Origin: Gloeocapsa sp. UFS-A4-WI-NPMV-4B04 | Lineage (GTDB): Bacteria > Cyanobacteriota > Cyanobacteriia > Cyanobacteriales > Chroococcidiopsidaceae | Length of the DNA: 64,000 nt | Assembly: GCA_019359535.1 (NCBI GenBank) | Contig: JAHHHE010000003.1 | Span: forward strand, 3,109 to 67,108 | Direction of reading: 5' to 3' | Part shown: one piece after another, positions 53,605 to 62,872 of the stretch | How the letters are laid out: the number at the start of each line of letters is the position of its first letter | How positions within the stretch are numbered: the stretch's first letter is position 1 | Translations under genes and position numbers: made by a program | The notes under the pieces: generated by a model | What the model was told of the DNA's origin: nothing | Database searches by the model: none | Seen by the model: only the letters and a program-made list of their open reading frames with translations

Positions 53605-55695
53605 TTATTCTAGAGAAGAAGGTGTTTTGGCTAATGACTTAGTGTAGGTAATAATTGCTTTGCGATTGCCTTCTGAATACAGCAGTTTTTCATCAGCGCT
53701 ATTAGTTGTTAGCTTGGTAAAAATTTTGGGAAGGTTGACAAAACCTAAGCTTTCTTCATATTGATATTCTTCAAGTTCAGCATCATAAATTACATTTTCG
53801 TTAGCTGGGTAAATTTTTACAATAATTTCCTTGTTATATGCGGAACCCCATTCTAATGAAGGTTGCATATTCCATCTAGTATTCTCTTGGCCGTATTTTC
53901 TTTGATAGACATGGGTATTAGCATACTTTATCCCACTACAAAGCCTATCTATAGGAACCGAAATACTATGGACTTGCTCACCATGAAACTCTAACTTAAC
54001 TGAAGGAGTCCAACTTCTAGTAGGAATTAAACCTTGCTTATGCAAATGATGACAAGTTCTATTAGCTTGATATACATATTCATGCAGCATAGAGAAAAGT
54101 TCAACTACTCGATAATCATCTACCTGTTGAGAACGAGAGATCCATTGTTGAATCTTTTGAGTTTTGAATTGTTTTAAATTTCGTAGCGTGTTTTTATATT
54201 TCTCCCATCCTGTGCTATCCAGACTATTAGCAAAATCTGGAATTTCATTGCCGACTAAAATAACTTTAGCATTAGGAAAATTACCTTTGCGATTGCAACG
54301 TCCTACCCTTTGAATTAAGTTTTCTGGTGAACAAATTTGAGAAATAAATGTTTCACAGTTTAAGTCACAGCCTACTTCAATAGCACTAGTAGTTATTAAA
54401 ATGTATGGTTGATTACCAGCATCCCTTTGTTGCAATCGTTTGTAGAGGTCAGTCCTAACTTGCTCGGCAATTCGACCATGATAAAGAAATATCTTTTCTA
54501 GTTTATCTTTAATATTTAAACCAAGTTGTTTTATTAGTTCTTCGTAGATAGCTGCTGCATCCGTGACTGTTTCAACTACACAAATAATCTTAGAATTTTG
54601 TTTTGCTTGCCACTCTTTGAGAATTATATTAGTAAACTCACTTTGGAAATAATTATGATTTTCTCGATCACATTTTACTTCGCTAATCCATTCAAAGCTT
54701 CTTTGATTAAGACAATCTTGCTTGAGGGTTTGCGCTTGAAATTCTTTAAGTTTGTCTGCTTTCTCAGGAATATCAACATAATCTATCAGTTCAAGATAGT
54801 TAAAACGATCGCTTAAATATTCTGGTGGCATTGTAGCAGTCATAAGAATGAGCGATCGCCCTGCTTCGTAAAGTGCTTTAACTAAGCTATGAAAATTGGT
54901 AAATGATATTTCATCGTATGTATGTGCTTCATCAAAACAAATTAAAGTTTTCTCTTGATTAATTCTTAAAGGAAAAATGAAAGATTTTTGTTTGTCACCG
55001 AAAGCAAAATATCGGTATAAAAATTTATCTATAGTCGTTAAAATTACATCTCCTTTGTACAGATGACGACGGGGATTAATATTAAGCTTAGAAGTGATAT
55101 CTTCACCGTCCCAATAAACCCATCGGTACATCTGCGCTCCTGTATCAACAACTAGCGATATTTCACGGCTTGGTTGTATTTTTGAGAGGGTTTTAAGATA
55201 CTTTTCAATTCTTTCTTTTTGGTCTTCTAATAAACTACGAGCAGGTAAAGGTAGAATTAAACGATACCCTTGTGCTAGTGCTGGAAATAAAACAGCTTCC
55301 AGTTTTCCCGAACCCGTCGGAGATTTCAGTAGAATTGCAGGATCATTTTTGACTATAGCCTCAAACATTTCTTGTTGCATGGGATTAGGAATAAATTGCT
55401 CTCCTCCTAATGCTTTGTATAAAGATTTGCAATCCAAATATTTAAACTTGTTATCTGATTGATATGCTTTTAAGGTAATTGATTTAGGCTCTGATTTTTC
55501 TGGATTACCTTGCTGAGATTGCCACCAATCTTTAGCAATTTTATCAATTAAATTACCTAATTTAGACTCTTGTTCTTTATCTATACAACCTTGCAACCTA
55601 TCTTTATCAGCTTGACTAAGCTCCATTGACCAATATTGAAAAGTTAGGGGAAGGGGAATAATATCTTCTTTAAGCACCATAGGCAATACAAGCAA
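53605..55695 (-). CDS. cas3: Cas3' helicase (superfamily 2 DEAH helicase with no HD nuclease domain)
   Basis: Helicase motifs are I SPTGSGK, II FDEAH, III TAT and VI QRVGRCNR. No HD motif occurs in the ~120-aa N-terminus. The start is ambiguous (55695, 55680 or 55626). Confidence 0.85.
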   Translation of the reverse strand: MLVLPMVLKEDIIPLPLTFQYWSMELSQADKDRLQGCIDKEQESKLGNLIDKIAKDWWQSQQGNPEKSEPKSITLKAYQSDNKFKYLDCKSLYKALGGEQFIPNPMQQEMFEAIVKNDPAILLKSPTGSGKLEAVLFPALAQGYRLILPLPARSLLEDQKERIEKYLKTLSKIQPSREISLVVDTGAQMYRWVYWDGEDITSKLNINPRRHLYKGDVILTTIDKFLYRYFAFGDKQKSFIFPLRINQEKTLICFDEAHTYDEISFTNFHSLVKALYEAGRSLILMTATMPPEYLSDRFNYLELIDYVDIPEKADKLKEFQAQTLKQDCLNQRSFEWISEVKCDRENHNYFQSEFTNIILKEWQAKQNSKIICVVETVTDAAAIYEELIKQLGLNIKDKLEKIFLYHGRIAEQVRTDLYKRLQQRDAGNQPYILITTSAIEVGCDLNCETFISQICSPENLIQRVGRCNRKGNFPNAKVILVGNEIPDFANSLDSTGWEKYKNTLRNLKQFKTQKIQQWISRSQQVDDYRVVELFSMLHEYVYQANRTCHHLHKQGLIPTRSWTPSVKLEFHGEQVHSISVPIDRLCSGIKYANTHVYQRKYGQENTRWNMQPSLEWGSAYNKEIIVKIYPANENVIYDAELEEYQYEESLGFVNLPKIFTKLTTNSADEKLLYSEGNRKAIITYTKSLAKTPSSLE

Positions 55696-55870
55696 GCACG
55701 TCTTCTCGCCCTATGCTTGGATAAGCCTCAAGCACTTCCTTAATTGTTGTTCCACCAGATAAGTAATCAAGACTTAGGGAAACCCAGATGCGATGTCCGC
55801 GAATACAAGGTTTGCCAAAACAAATATTCGGATCGATAGAAATTCTAGAAAGCAGATCGTCTCTAGCCAT
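55670..55870 (-). CDS. DUF433-like small DNA-binding protein
   Basis: The 66-aa translation (ISIDPNICFGKPCIRGHRIWV...) is characteristic of DUF433. Its 3' end overlaps the cas3' ORF. Confidence 0.65.
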   Translation of the reverse strand: MARDDLLSRISIDPNICFGKPCIRGHRIWVSLSLDYLSGGTTIKEVLEAYPSIGREDVLACIAYGA

Positions 55871-56033
55871 AGTGGTTGACCTCGTGGTAAGTTATCGTTT
55901 CTAATCTGGCTTTTTTAGTAGCTGCCCGACAAGTACAATTAAATTTTAGGGTTTCACGCTCCTGCTAATCTCTGATGTAGCTACACTAACTGTAAAAAAC
56001 AGATTATGTCAATAGTATAATTATAAAATTGTA

Positions 56034-56897
56034 ATGTCACGGAAAAAGGAGACAATTACACTTTCAATTCCGCCAGGAACTAAGGAGCAATTAGAGGCGA
56101 TCGCCCGTAGCCTAAACATCCTATGGGGTAAAGAACCCAGTATTTCAGGGTTAATAGTAGCGATCGCTCAACAAACCCTAGAAGTCGGAAAGCCTTTTAC
56201 CCTTGATTCCAACCAAGTTAATGCCTTACAACAGGCTATAAAAGCTTTAAATGATGCAGGTCGCATAGGAGAAGCGCAAAGTATACTTGCACTTTTAGTA
56301 GGAAGGGGAAACTTGGCGGCTCCCCTGCGTCAATCCCTTCTGAAACAAGCCAGTCAAATAACCCAAGGAGGGCGAATTCAGATTGAAGACCTAATTCAAA
56401 AACAACAGCCTTTCTATCTTCTCTACCAAAATTCCCAAGGTCAGGAACTAGAATACACTGTGCGTCATGCCGAAGTTCGCTTCTTCGAGAGACGTTTCTA
56501 CCTACTAATTTGGTGTGAAGAAACTCAAGATGTGGAAAATGACATTCCTGATTTGCCAGAACTTTGGCACAATCGCTGTTTGAGTTTTGACCGGATTAGA
56601 TCGGTTCTACCGATGAGTGGGGATTGGCGGGGTCAACTAGATTCCATTAAAGTACAATTACACTTTAAAAAATGGATGACAAAATCCTATGAACCTAAAA
56701 ATGATGATCTAGAAGACGAAATCGTTGGAGACGTGCGACAGGTAGTACGGCAAGTCGTAGATCCCTTCTGGTTAATTCGAGAAGTGTTGCGGTATGAAGA
56801 AAATTGTGTAGTTGTGTCACCAGACAGTGTACGCGATCGCATCAAACAAAAACTGCGATCGCTTTGCGGTGCATACGATATGACCATAGACGAATAA
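56034..56897 (+). CDS. CRISPR-locus transcription regulator (ribbon-helix-helix-like N-terminus plus WYL-type C-terminal domain)
   Basis: It is divergent from the cas operon, as the WYL repressor sll7009 is in the Synechocystis I-D locus. The N-terminus reads TITLSIPPGTKEQLEAIARSL, and the core reads RRFYLLIWCEE. Confidence 0.6.
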   Translation: MSRKKETITLSIPPGTKEQLEAIARSLNILWGKEPSISGLIVAIAQQTLEVGKPFTLDSNQVNALQQAIKALNDAGRIGEAQSILALLVGRGNLAAPLRQSLLKQASQITQGGRIQIEDLIQKQQPFYLLYQNSQGQELEYTVRHAEVRFFERRFYLLIWCEETQDVENDIPDLPELWHNRCLSFDRIRSVLPMSGDWRGQLDSIKVQLHFKKWMTKSYEPKNDDLEDEIVGDVRQVVRQVVDPFWLIREVLRYEENCVVVSPDSVRDRIKQKLRSLCGAYDMTIDE

Positions 56898-56949
56898 CCA
56901 AAACACCCAAATTACAGGCGAAAATGGAAAAACATCAATTTCTAAAGGA

Positions 56950-57375
56950 ATGCAACCATTTACAACTCAGATTCGGGTGCGACATTATGAAATGGATGCT
57001 CTAGGTCATGTTAATAATGCCATTTATCAAAACTACCTAGAACAAGCAGCCGTTGAACACTCAGAACATCTTGGCTTAACCTTAGAGTTATACCGGAAAC
57101 TAGGTGGCATATTTGTAATGCGGCGGATCGAGATTGACTACCTACGTCCAGCCGTCGCAGGTGATCGCCTGCAAGTTACCACATGGTTAGAAGAAATGCG
57201 GGGTTCCCGTGCGGTTCGCCGCTACGAAATCCGTAAACCTGACAATGACCATTTATTAGTAACAGCCGAGGCATTGTGGGTGTGGGTAGATGCTACTACA
57301 ATGCGACCAAAAGCAATTCCTAGTGTACTACTACAAGCCTTTCTCCAAAACGAGCAAACAGATATTGCTACCTAA
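56950..57375 (+). CDS. Acyl-CoA thioesterase (4HBT/YbgC family)
   Basis: Hot-dog fold signature VRHYEMDALGHVNNAIY. Confidence 0.85.
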   Translation: MQPFTTQIRVRHYEMDALGHVNNAIYQNYLEQAAVEHSEHLGLTLELYRKLGGIFVMRRIEIDYLRPAVAGDRLQVTTWLEEMRGSRAVRRYEIRKPDNDHLLVTAEALWVWVDATTMRPKAIPSVLLQAFLQNEQTDIAT

Positions 57376-57498
57376 ACAAATTATTGTCTTTGTTGCTACA
57401 CAGCATTAAAAGTTTTACCACGATAGGAGATTTTGCTGTCAAGAACTTTATTGGATAAATAGCTGATTAAATTCCTTGGCGTTCTTGGCGGCTAAACG

Positions 57499-58314
57499 CT
57501 ACGCTACACTTCGTGAAGGCGGTTCAAACTCTATCTCAAAACTCCTCTGCCTTTTCGCTTCATACAACATCAAAGCAGCCGCGATCGCCACATTTAATGA
57601 CTCTACCCCTAAACTCAACGGAATCCGCACTTGCACATCAGTCAACGCCGTCAACTCCGGCGATAACCCAGCCCCCTCATTCCCCAACAAAATCAAACTT
57701 GGACACCGCCAGTCTACCTCCCAGTAAGTCAACTGAGCAGTTGGCAAAGTTGCTACCACCTGCATTCCCGCCTGCTGACACTCGCGCACAGTCGCACTTA
57801 AATCCTGACTCACCGCCATAGGTAGCCGGAACCATTGCCCAGCAGATGCCCGTAATACCTTCGGGTTGTCCAAATCTACACTATCAGCACTCAACCACAA
57901 CCCAGAAGCACCAGCCGCCGCCGCAGTACGAATCATCGTACCCAAGTTACCAGGATCTTGCACAGTTTCCAGCGCGATCGCCAAACCAGATAACGGCACT
58001 TGACTTTGACTCACACTGCGTTTTGCCGTCGCCACAACACCATCAGGTTGCACCGTAGTAGCGATCGCCTTGACAATTTCTGCGCTAACAATTTCTGTTC
58101 TTTCCGCCCTTTGACACGCTTGCTGCCAAAGTTCCTGATGTAACGACAACCACTCTGGAGTACAACACAGAGTTACCAAAGGATAATCCACCGCACAAGC
58201 CTCTTCTAACAAGTGCGTTCCTTCCAACAAAAACACACCTTGTTCTCTTCGCTCTTTAGAAGAGTGCAATTTGCGAATTTGCTTTACCAGAGGATTCTGT
58301 AAACTGGTCAGCAT
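57499..58314 (-). CDS. TrmH/SpoU-family RNA 2'-O-methyltransferase
   Basis: The C-terminal SPOUT motifs are LLGNEGAGLS and SLNVAIAAALMLYE. I take the ATG at 58314 (MLTSLQNPLVKQIRKL) as the start, because the track start at 58362 runs into the tRNA gene. Confidence 0.85.
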   Translation of the reverse strand: MLTSLQNPLVKQIRKLHSSKERREQGVFLLEGTHLLEEACAVDYPLVTLCCTPEWLSLHQELWQQACQRAERTEIVSAEIVKAIATTVQPDGVVATAKRSVSQSQVPLSGLAIALETVQDPGNLGTMIRTAAAAGASGLWLSADSVDLDNPKVLRASAGQWFRLPMAVSQDLSATVRECQQAGMQVVATLPTAQLTYWEVDWRCPSLILLGNEGAGLSPELTALTDVQVRIPLSLGVESLNVAIAAALMLYEAKRQRSFEIEFEPPSRSVA

Positions 58315-58323
58315 CAGCTTATA

Positions 58324-58405
58324 TGCGGAACCCGGGACTTGAACCCGGAAGCCTTGCGGCACTAGAACCTGAATCTAGCGCGTCTGCCAATTCCGCCAGT
58401 TCCGC
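58324..58405 (-). tRNA. tRNA-Leu (anticodon CAG)
   Basis: It folds by hand into a cloverleaf. The acceptor stem is GCGGAAC/GTTCCGC, the anticodon stem CTAGA/TCTAG, the loop TTCAGGT, and the T-arm CCGGG-TTCAAGT-CCCGG. A long variable arm is present. Confidence 0.9.
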
Positions 58406-58504
58406 GTATGTCCCTATTTTAGCCACAGTTTCCTACTATTACTTAATTATCTGCTAATGTCAACTATGGCTCCTTACCCCAGCTTAAACGCTAGCTTTGG
58501 ACGC

Positions 58505-58534
58505 TTGACAATATCAAGTGTTTAACCTTATAAA
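58505..58534 (+). promoter_or_regulatory. Candidate sigma-70-type promoter upstream of murA
   Basis: TTGACA (58505..58510), then a 17-18 nt spacer, then TTATAA/TATAAA (58528..58534). Confidence 0.3.
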
Positions 58535-58726
58535 TTGGCAGCGACTCCTCCTAGACAGTAGCAAAAATATTGAATAGTTGGTAATTCTGGAGCAATAACA
58601 ACCGTATAAATACAGATTTCTTGAAAATTCATTGAAGCTAAGACCGAGAATTTACTGATTTTACCTGTGGCAACTGTCAATGTAGAATCAAAACCAACTT
58701 CCAACCTGTAAAATTACTTATTAATC

Positions 58727-60112
58727 TTGGAGGATAGAGCTATTACTACCTCTCACGGCTTCTCAGAACCCCACGCATCGCCTGATGCAGATCCGTCAGT
58801 CCTGCAAATTTGGGGCGGGAACTCTTTGCATGGTCATGTGAAAATTAGCGGCGCGAAAAATTCAGCGTTAGCAATTATAGCCGCAGCCTTACTTTGTCCC
58901 GAAGATTGTCGCATCCGCAACGTTCCCTTGCTTGTTGATGTCAAACGGATGGGTCAAATTCTCACGGCATTAGGCGTAAAGCTAAAGCAGCATGACGATA
59001 TTTTAGACATCAATGCCAGCGTTATCGGACAATCAAAGGCTCCCTACGAACTTGTTAGTCAACTGAGAGCGAGTTTTTTCGTCATTGGTCCTTTGCTAGC
59101 GCGGCAAGGAGTTGCCAAAGTTCCCCTTCCAGGTGGTTGTACAATTGGAGCCAGACCAGTTGATCTTCATGTCCGGGGTCTGCAAGCGATGGGCGCTGAT
59201 GTTCAAATTGAGCATGGCATAGTTCAGGCTCATATCACAGGCAGCAACCGCAGGTTAAAAGGGGCAAAAATTTACCTAGACTACCCTAGTGTTGGTGCAA
59301 CAGAAACGTTGATGATGGCGGCTGCATTGGCTGACGGGGAAACAACAATAGAAAACGCCGCGCAAGAACCAGAGGTGATCGATCTTGCGAATTTCTGTAA
59401 TTCGATGGGTGCAAGAATTCGGGGTGCGGGAACCAATACGATCGCGATTTCTGGTGTTCCTAAATTACATTCTACAGATTACTCAATTAATCCAGATCGC
59501 ATTGAAGCAGGAACCTTTTTAGTAGCTGGGGCGATTACGCATTCAGAGATTAGTATGTCGCCAGTTGTGCCAGATCATCTCACAGCCGTCATTGCCAAAC
59601 TAAAGCATATCGGGGCGCAAGTAATCGCCGATGCACCTGATTGTTTACGCATTATTCCAGGGGATAGCTTGAAGGCAACCGATATCGAAACCTTACCCTA
59701 TCCTGGCTTTCCCACAGATATGCAAGCCCAATTTATGGCTTTACTAACACTAAGTGAAGGTAACAGTTTGATTACCGAAACAGTGTTTGAGAATCGCTTG
59801 CGTCATGTAGCAGAGTTGAATCGCATGGGGGCAGACATTCGTGTTAAGGGGAATAATGCGATCGTGCGCGGCGTATCAATATTATCAGGCGCACCAGTAG
59901 TAGCGACAGACTTACGTGCCTCGGCTGCATTGGTGCTAGCAGGATTAGCGGCAAAAGGAAAAACTACAATTCAAGGATTACACCACTTGGATCGAGGTTA
60001 TGATCGACTAGAGGTGAAGTTGCTGAAACTAGGAGCCTCGCTACAGCGTGTATCAGAATCAGCAGATGTAGATAGTAGAGCTAAAATTAGTAGTCCTGCT
60101 TCCAATGTCTAA
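58727..60112 (+). CDS. murA: UDP-N-acetylglucosamine 1-carboxyvinyltransferase
   Basis: MurA-type translation (ISGAKNSAL...[13 protein letters not shown]). The exact start is uncertain. Confidence 0.92.
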   Translation: MEDRAITTSHGFSEPHASPDADPSVLQIWGGNSLHGHVKISGAKNSALAIIAAALLCPEDCRIRNVPLLVDVKRMGQILTALGVKLKQHDDILDINASVIGQSKAPYELVSQLRASFFVIGPLLARQGVAKVPLPGGCTIGARPVDLHVRGLQAMGADVQIEHGIVQAHITGSNRRLKGAKIYLDYPSVGATETLMMAAALADGETTIENAAQEPEVIDLANFCNSMGARIRGAGTNTIAISGVPKLHSTDYSINPDRIEAGTFLVAGAITHSEISMSPVVPDHLTAVIAKLKHIGAQVIADAPDCLRIIPGDSLKATDIETLPYPGFPTDMQAQFMALLTLSEGNSLITETVFENRLRHVAELNRMGADIRVKGNNAIVRGVSILSGAPVVATDLRASAALVLAGLAAKGKTTIQGLHHLDRGYDRLEVKLLKLGASLQRVSESADVDSRAKISSPASNV

Positions 60113-60143
60113 AAAAGATTAATTTACTTACTGTTTTCTTACC

Positions 60144-60174
60144 AGAAATCACAGCTACTTAAGCTGTGATTTCT
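60144..60174 (+). terminator. Perfect 13-bp stem-loop downstream of murA
   Basis: AGAAATCACAGCT-ACTTA-AGCTGTGATTTCT, 32 nt after the murA stop. No long T-run follows. Confidence 0.5.
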
Positions 60175-60486
60175 AACTTTGATGTGAAATTTTAGGGAAA
60201 AATTAGCAGCGCTGGCTCATTATTGTTAACAGAAACTACGGTAAGAAAAATAAAGATATTGCTTTAGTTAAGCTTTTTCAATTAATAACTAAGCTTCTCT
60301 TAACAAAATCCAATCACTCGTCTTACAATCAATTTTGGTTTTTTATTGCAATTAATAACAAAAATCGTCTTAAAGAAACAGTAGAGAATTTCGTTATACT
60401 GACTGTGTATGGCAAGATAACTTCCCCGCTTCAAAAAAGCATAATTTAGTTATAGCCCTCTTTCCTTATTTCTAGCTTTATCCGTT

Positions 60487-61362
60487 ATGCTTTCATCAAA
60501 GACACCTTTAACTGGTTTAAAAGCAGATTTTTTTCGTCATCCGCTAGACTTAGAAGCGACAAAAGCTCTCAAACAGATACCTGGCATCGACGTGATGGTG
60601 CGTAATCTGTTAGGGCCTTTAGGAGAACAGTTTTTTTACATAGAAAACATTGCAGCAAGTGTTTTAGTAGGTGAAAAACAATTACCCCAGTTCCACCAGC
60701 TGTTGTTAGAAGCATGTGATACTTTGGATTTGGAGCCACCGCAACTGTATGTGCGTCAGCATCCGGTTCCTAATGCCTATACGTTTGCCATGCGGGGTAA
60801 ACAACCCTTTGTTGTTTTGCACACTTCGCTGATTGAGTTGCTGACACCAGAGGAAATTCAGGCGGTGATTGCTCATGAATTAGGCCATCTTAAATGCGAT
60901 CATGGGGTTTACCTAACAATGGTAAATTTGCTGGTGTTAGCAGCAGGACAAGTGCCGAATTTAGGAGGTTTTGTTGCTCAAGCGCTGCAAGCACAACTTT
61001 TAGAATGGGTACGCTGTGCTGAGTTTACTTGCGATCGCGCTGCACTATTAGCAACCCAAGATCCCAAAGCCGTAATGTCTCTGTTGATGAAGCTAGCTGG
61101 TGGTTCACCAACTCTTGCACCCCAACTCAACTTAGATGCTTTTGTTGCCCAAGCTCGTGCTTACGACGATATTAGTAAAACCGAGATTGGTGAATTGCTC
61201 AAATCCGCCCAAACTTCTCAACTAACTCATCCAGTACCAGTATTACGAGCGCGAGAAATTGACCGTTGGTCTAGTAGTCAAGATTATCAATCATTGCTAC
61301 AAGGTGACAAAATGGGTTATAATGGCAAAGCTGCACCCAAGGGCGGGTGGCGGAATTGGTAG
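60487..61362 (+). CDS. M48-family zinc metalloprotease
   Basis: The HExxH motif AHELGHLKCDH is present. The last 22 nt, including the stop, lie inside the tRNA-Leu(CAA) gene. Confidence 0.85.
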   Translation: MLSSKTPLTGLKADFFRHPLDLEATKALKQIPGIDVMVRNLLGPLGEQFFYIENIAASVLVGEKQLPQFHQLLLEACDTLDLEPPQLYVRQHPVPNAYTFAMRGKQPFVVLHTSLIELLTPEEIQAVIAHELGHLKCDHGVYLTMVNLLVLAAGQVPNLGGFVAQALQAQLLEWVRCAEFTCDRAALLATQDPKAVMSLLMKLAGGSPTLAPQLNLDAFVAQARAYDDISKTEIGELLKSAQTSQLTHPVPVLRAREIDRWSSSQDYQSLLQGDKMGYNGKAAPKGGWRNW

Positions 61363-61424
61363 ACGCACTGCACTCAAAATGCAGCGACCTTACGGTCATA
61401 GGAGTTCGATTCTCCTCCTGCCCA
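61341..61424 (+). tRNA. tRNA-Leu (anticodon CAA)
   Basis: Hand-folded cloverleaf. The acceptor stem is GGGCGGG/CCTGCCC with one G-U pair, the anticodon stem CTGCA/TGCAG, the loop CTCAAAA, the variable arm GACC-TTAC-GGTC, and the T-arm AGGAG-TTCGATT-CTCCT. Confidence 0.9.
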
Positions 61425-61680
61425 CTAAGATAGTTAGCTTGTGAAAAGTAATTATTATGAACCAACGGCTGAAGCGGTGGGAGTCTCCTCGTCGAGAAGG
61501 CAGGAACGATAAAGGAAGAGGCGGATCTGCAAGAGCGCGACAACTCAAGAAGCAAACGCAGATGTTACGGCAAAGACTCAAGGAAAGCGAGAGTAACGAA
61601 AATAATAGAAAACAGGGGGAAGAAAAATTAGTTCTTCCCTCTATTTTTTTAGCTTTGGCATTAGCTGATGTCTGATATTA

Positions 61681-61896
61681 TTGATGATTAAAGTTATGAA
61701 ATACGCTGTTGATTCAGAGTCTATCCAAGCTTACAGAACACGGGTATTTGTTTTTTCCCAAGAACTGCACCGAGAAAAAGACCCCTCAATCCGCGCTATA
61801 ACTGCTATGTATTTGGCGGAAGCTGCTACGACTCTGGCACGATTAGAAGTGGAGGAAGCCGAAAAAGCTAGGAAGGCGGCAGCTAATAAGTCGTAG
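61681..61896 (+). CDS. Small hypothetical protein
   Basis: A 71-aa ORF with no recognisable motif. Coding status is uncertain. Confidence 0.3.
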   Translation: MMIKVMKYAVDSESIQAYRTRVFVFSQELHREKDPSIRAITAMYLAEAATTLARLEVEEAEKARKAAANKS

Positions 61897-62014
61897 TTCA
61901 AATATTTTACTAATAGCGATCGCGGTAAGTATCTAGAATGCTATTAAAGATAAATTTTTATATATAAGCATTGCATACCTGACCGCCATACTATTTTTTT
62001 TGTTGATAGCAACT

Positions 62015-62872
62015 TCAATTGCATAATTCTAAAATATTGCACAGCCAATCTAAAGATTCTGGATATTCTTCGCAATTAAGAACGAACTCTTGACCCCGGC
62101 TGACAGTGTTGAGTAGAACATAATCATCTTCTAACTTCCAGCGAGTCAAATTTTGATGATAACTCAGGCTAGAATTCTCACTTTTAGGGTGAAACCAACT
62201 CGGTAGTTGCCAAATACTTGTTTTTGAGGCGCTAGGAGACGTTAAGCATAAAGCTAGGTCAAATTTTTTAAATGTTCCTGCACCCGGCTTATCAATATTG
62301 AGTAATTTTATCCGCTCAGATGAAATATAGATAGAATCTCTATTGCCATATTTCTCACTCTTACAATGTGGATGATTCAATGCCCATGAGGGTATTTCTG
62401 ATAAACTGTCTACAGGAATGCGTTGCTCAATTTGAAGCCAACCAAATATTATGTGTAGAGGAGGCGCACCTCTTACATAGCTGTATTTTCCGGCAACTTG
62501 TTCGACTTGCCTAAACAATCCAAAGAAAACAAAAATATCGCCTTCTTTCACTCCCTGGTTTTGCAGATGGGTTTCTGCGGCTCCCGCCTGTCCAAAAATT
62601 GGTTTCCAGTTTTCTGCTCTGGCAATACTATCAAAGTTTAGATCCGGATCAAGATGTGCTGGTTTCTCTGGTGTGATCTTGCCCTGTGTCAAGTCATTGA
62701 CAAGACTTCCTAGAGAATGATTGCCAATTCTTATTTCTTCATAGCGCTGAGAGCGGATATCAGAAATGGGTTCAGGAATAGGCAGCGAACATAGCTCACC
62801 TGACGGCAAAATTGGACTAGGGTATCCGCCACTTCCAGAGTCAAAACCCTTTCTGCTGAGAATTATCTTCAT
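62015..62872 (-). CDS. Hypothetical protein, possibly Nmad3-family (putative nucleotide-modification domain)
   Basis: The N-terminus MKIILSRKGFDSGSGGYPSPILP resembles, from memory, proteins annotated as Nmad3. No catalytic motif could be verified by eye. Confidence 0.35.
   Translation of the reverse strand: MKIILSRKGFDSGSGGYPSPILPSGELCSLPIPEPISDIRSQRYEEIRIGNHSLGSLVNDLTQGKITPEKPAHLDPDLNFDSIARAENWKPIFGQAGAAETHLQNQGVKEGDIFVFFGLFRQVEQVAGKYSYVRGAPPLHIIFGWLQIEQRIPVDSLSEIPSWALNHPHCKSEKYGNRDSIYISSERIKLLNIDKPGAGTFKKFDLALCLTSPSASKTSIWQLPSWFHPKSENSSLSYHQNLTRWKLEDDYVLLNTVSRGQEFVLNCEEYPESLDWLCNILELCN

Noticed and set aside
57476-58058. Plus-strand ORFs 57476..57727, 57513..57821 and 57846..58058
   Set aside because: They are antisense to the well-supported TrmH-family gene, and their translations are low-complexity and P/S/T-rich.
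61271-61675. ORFs overlapping the tRNA-Leu(CAA) region on both strands: 61259..61444, 61271..61555, 61396..61581 and 61457..61675
   Set aside because: They overlap one another and the tRNA gene. Only 61457..61675 lies outside the tRNA, and its extremely basic, low-complexity sequence gives no support for coding. I kept it only as a remark in the island finding.
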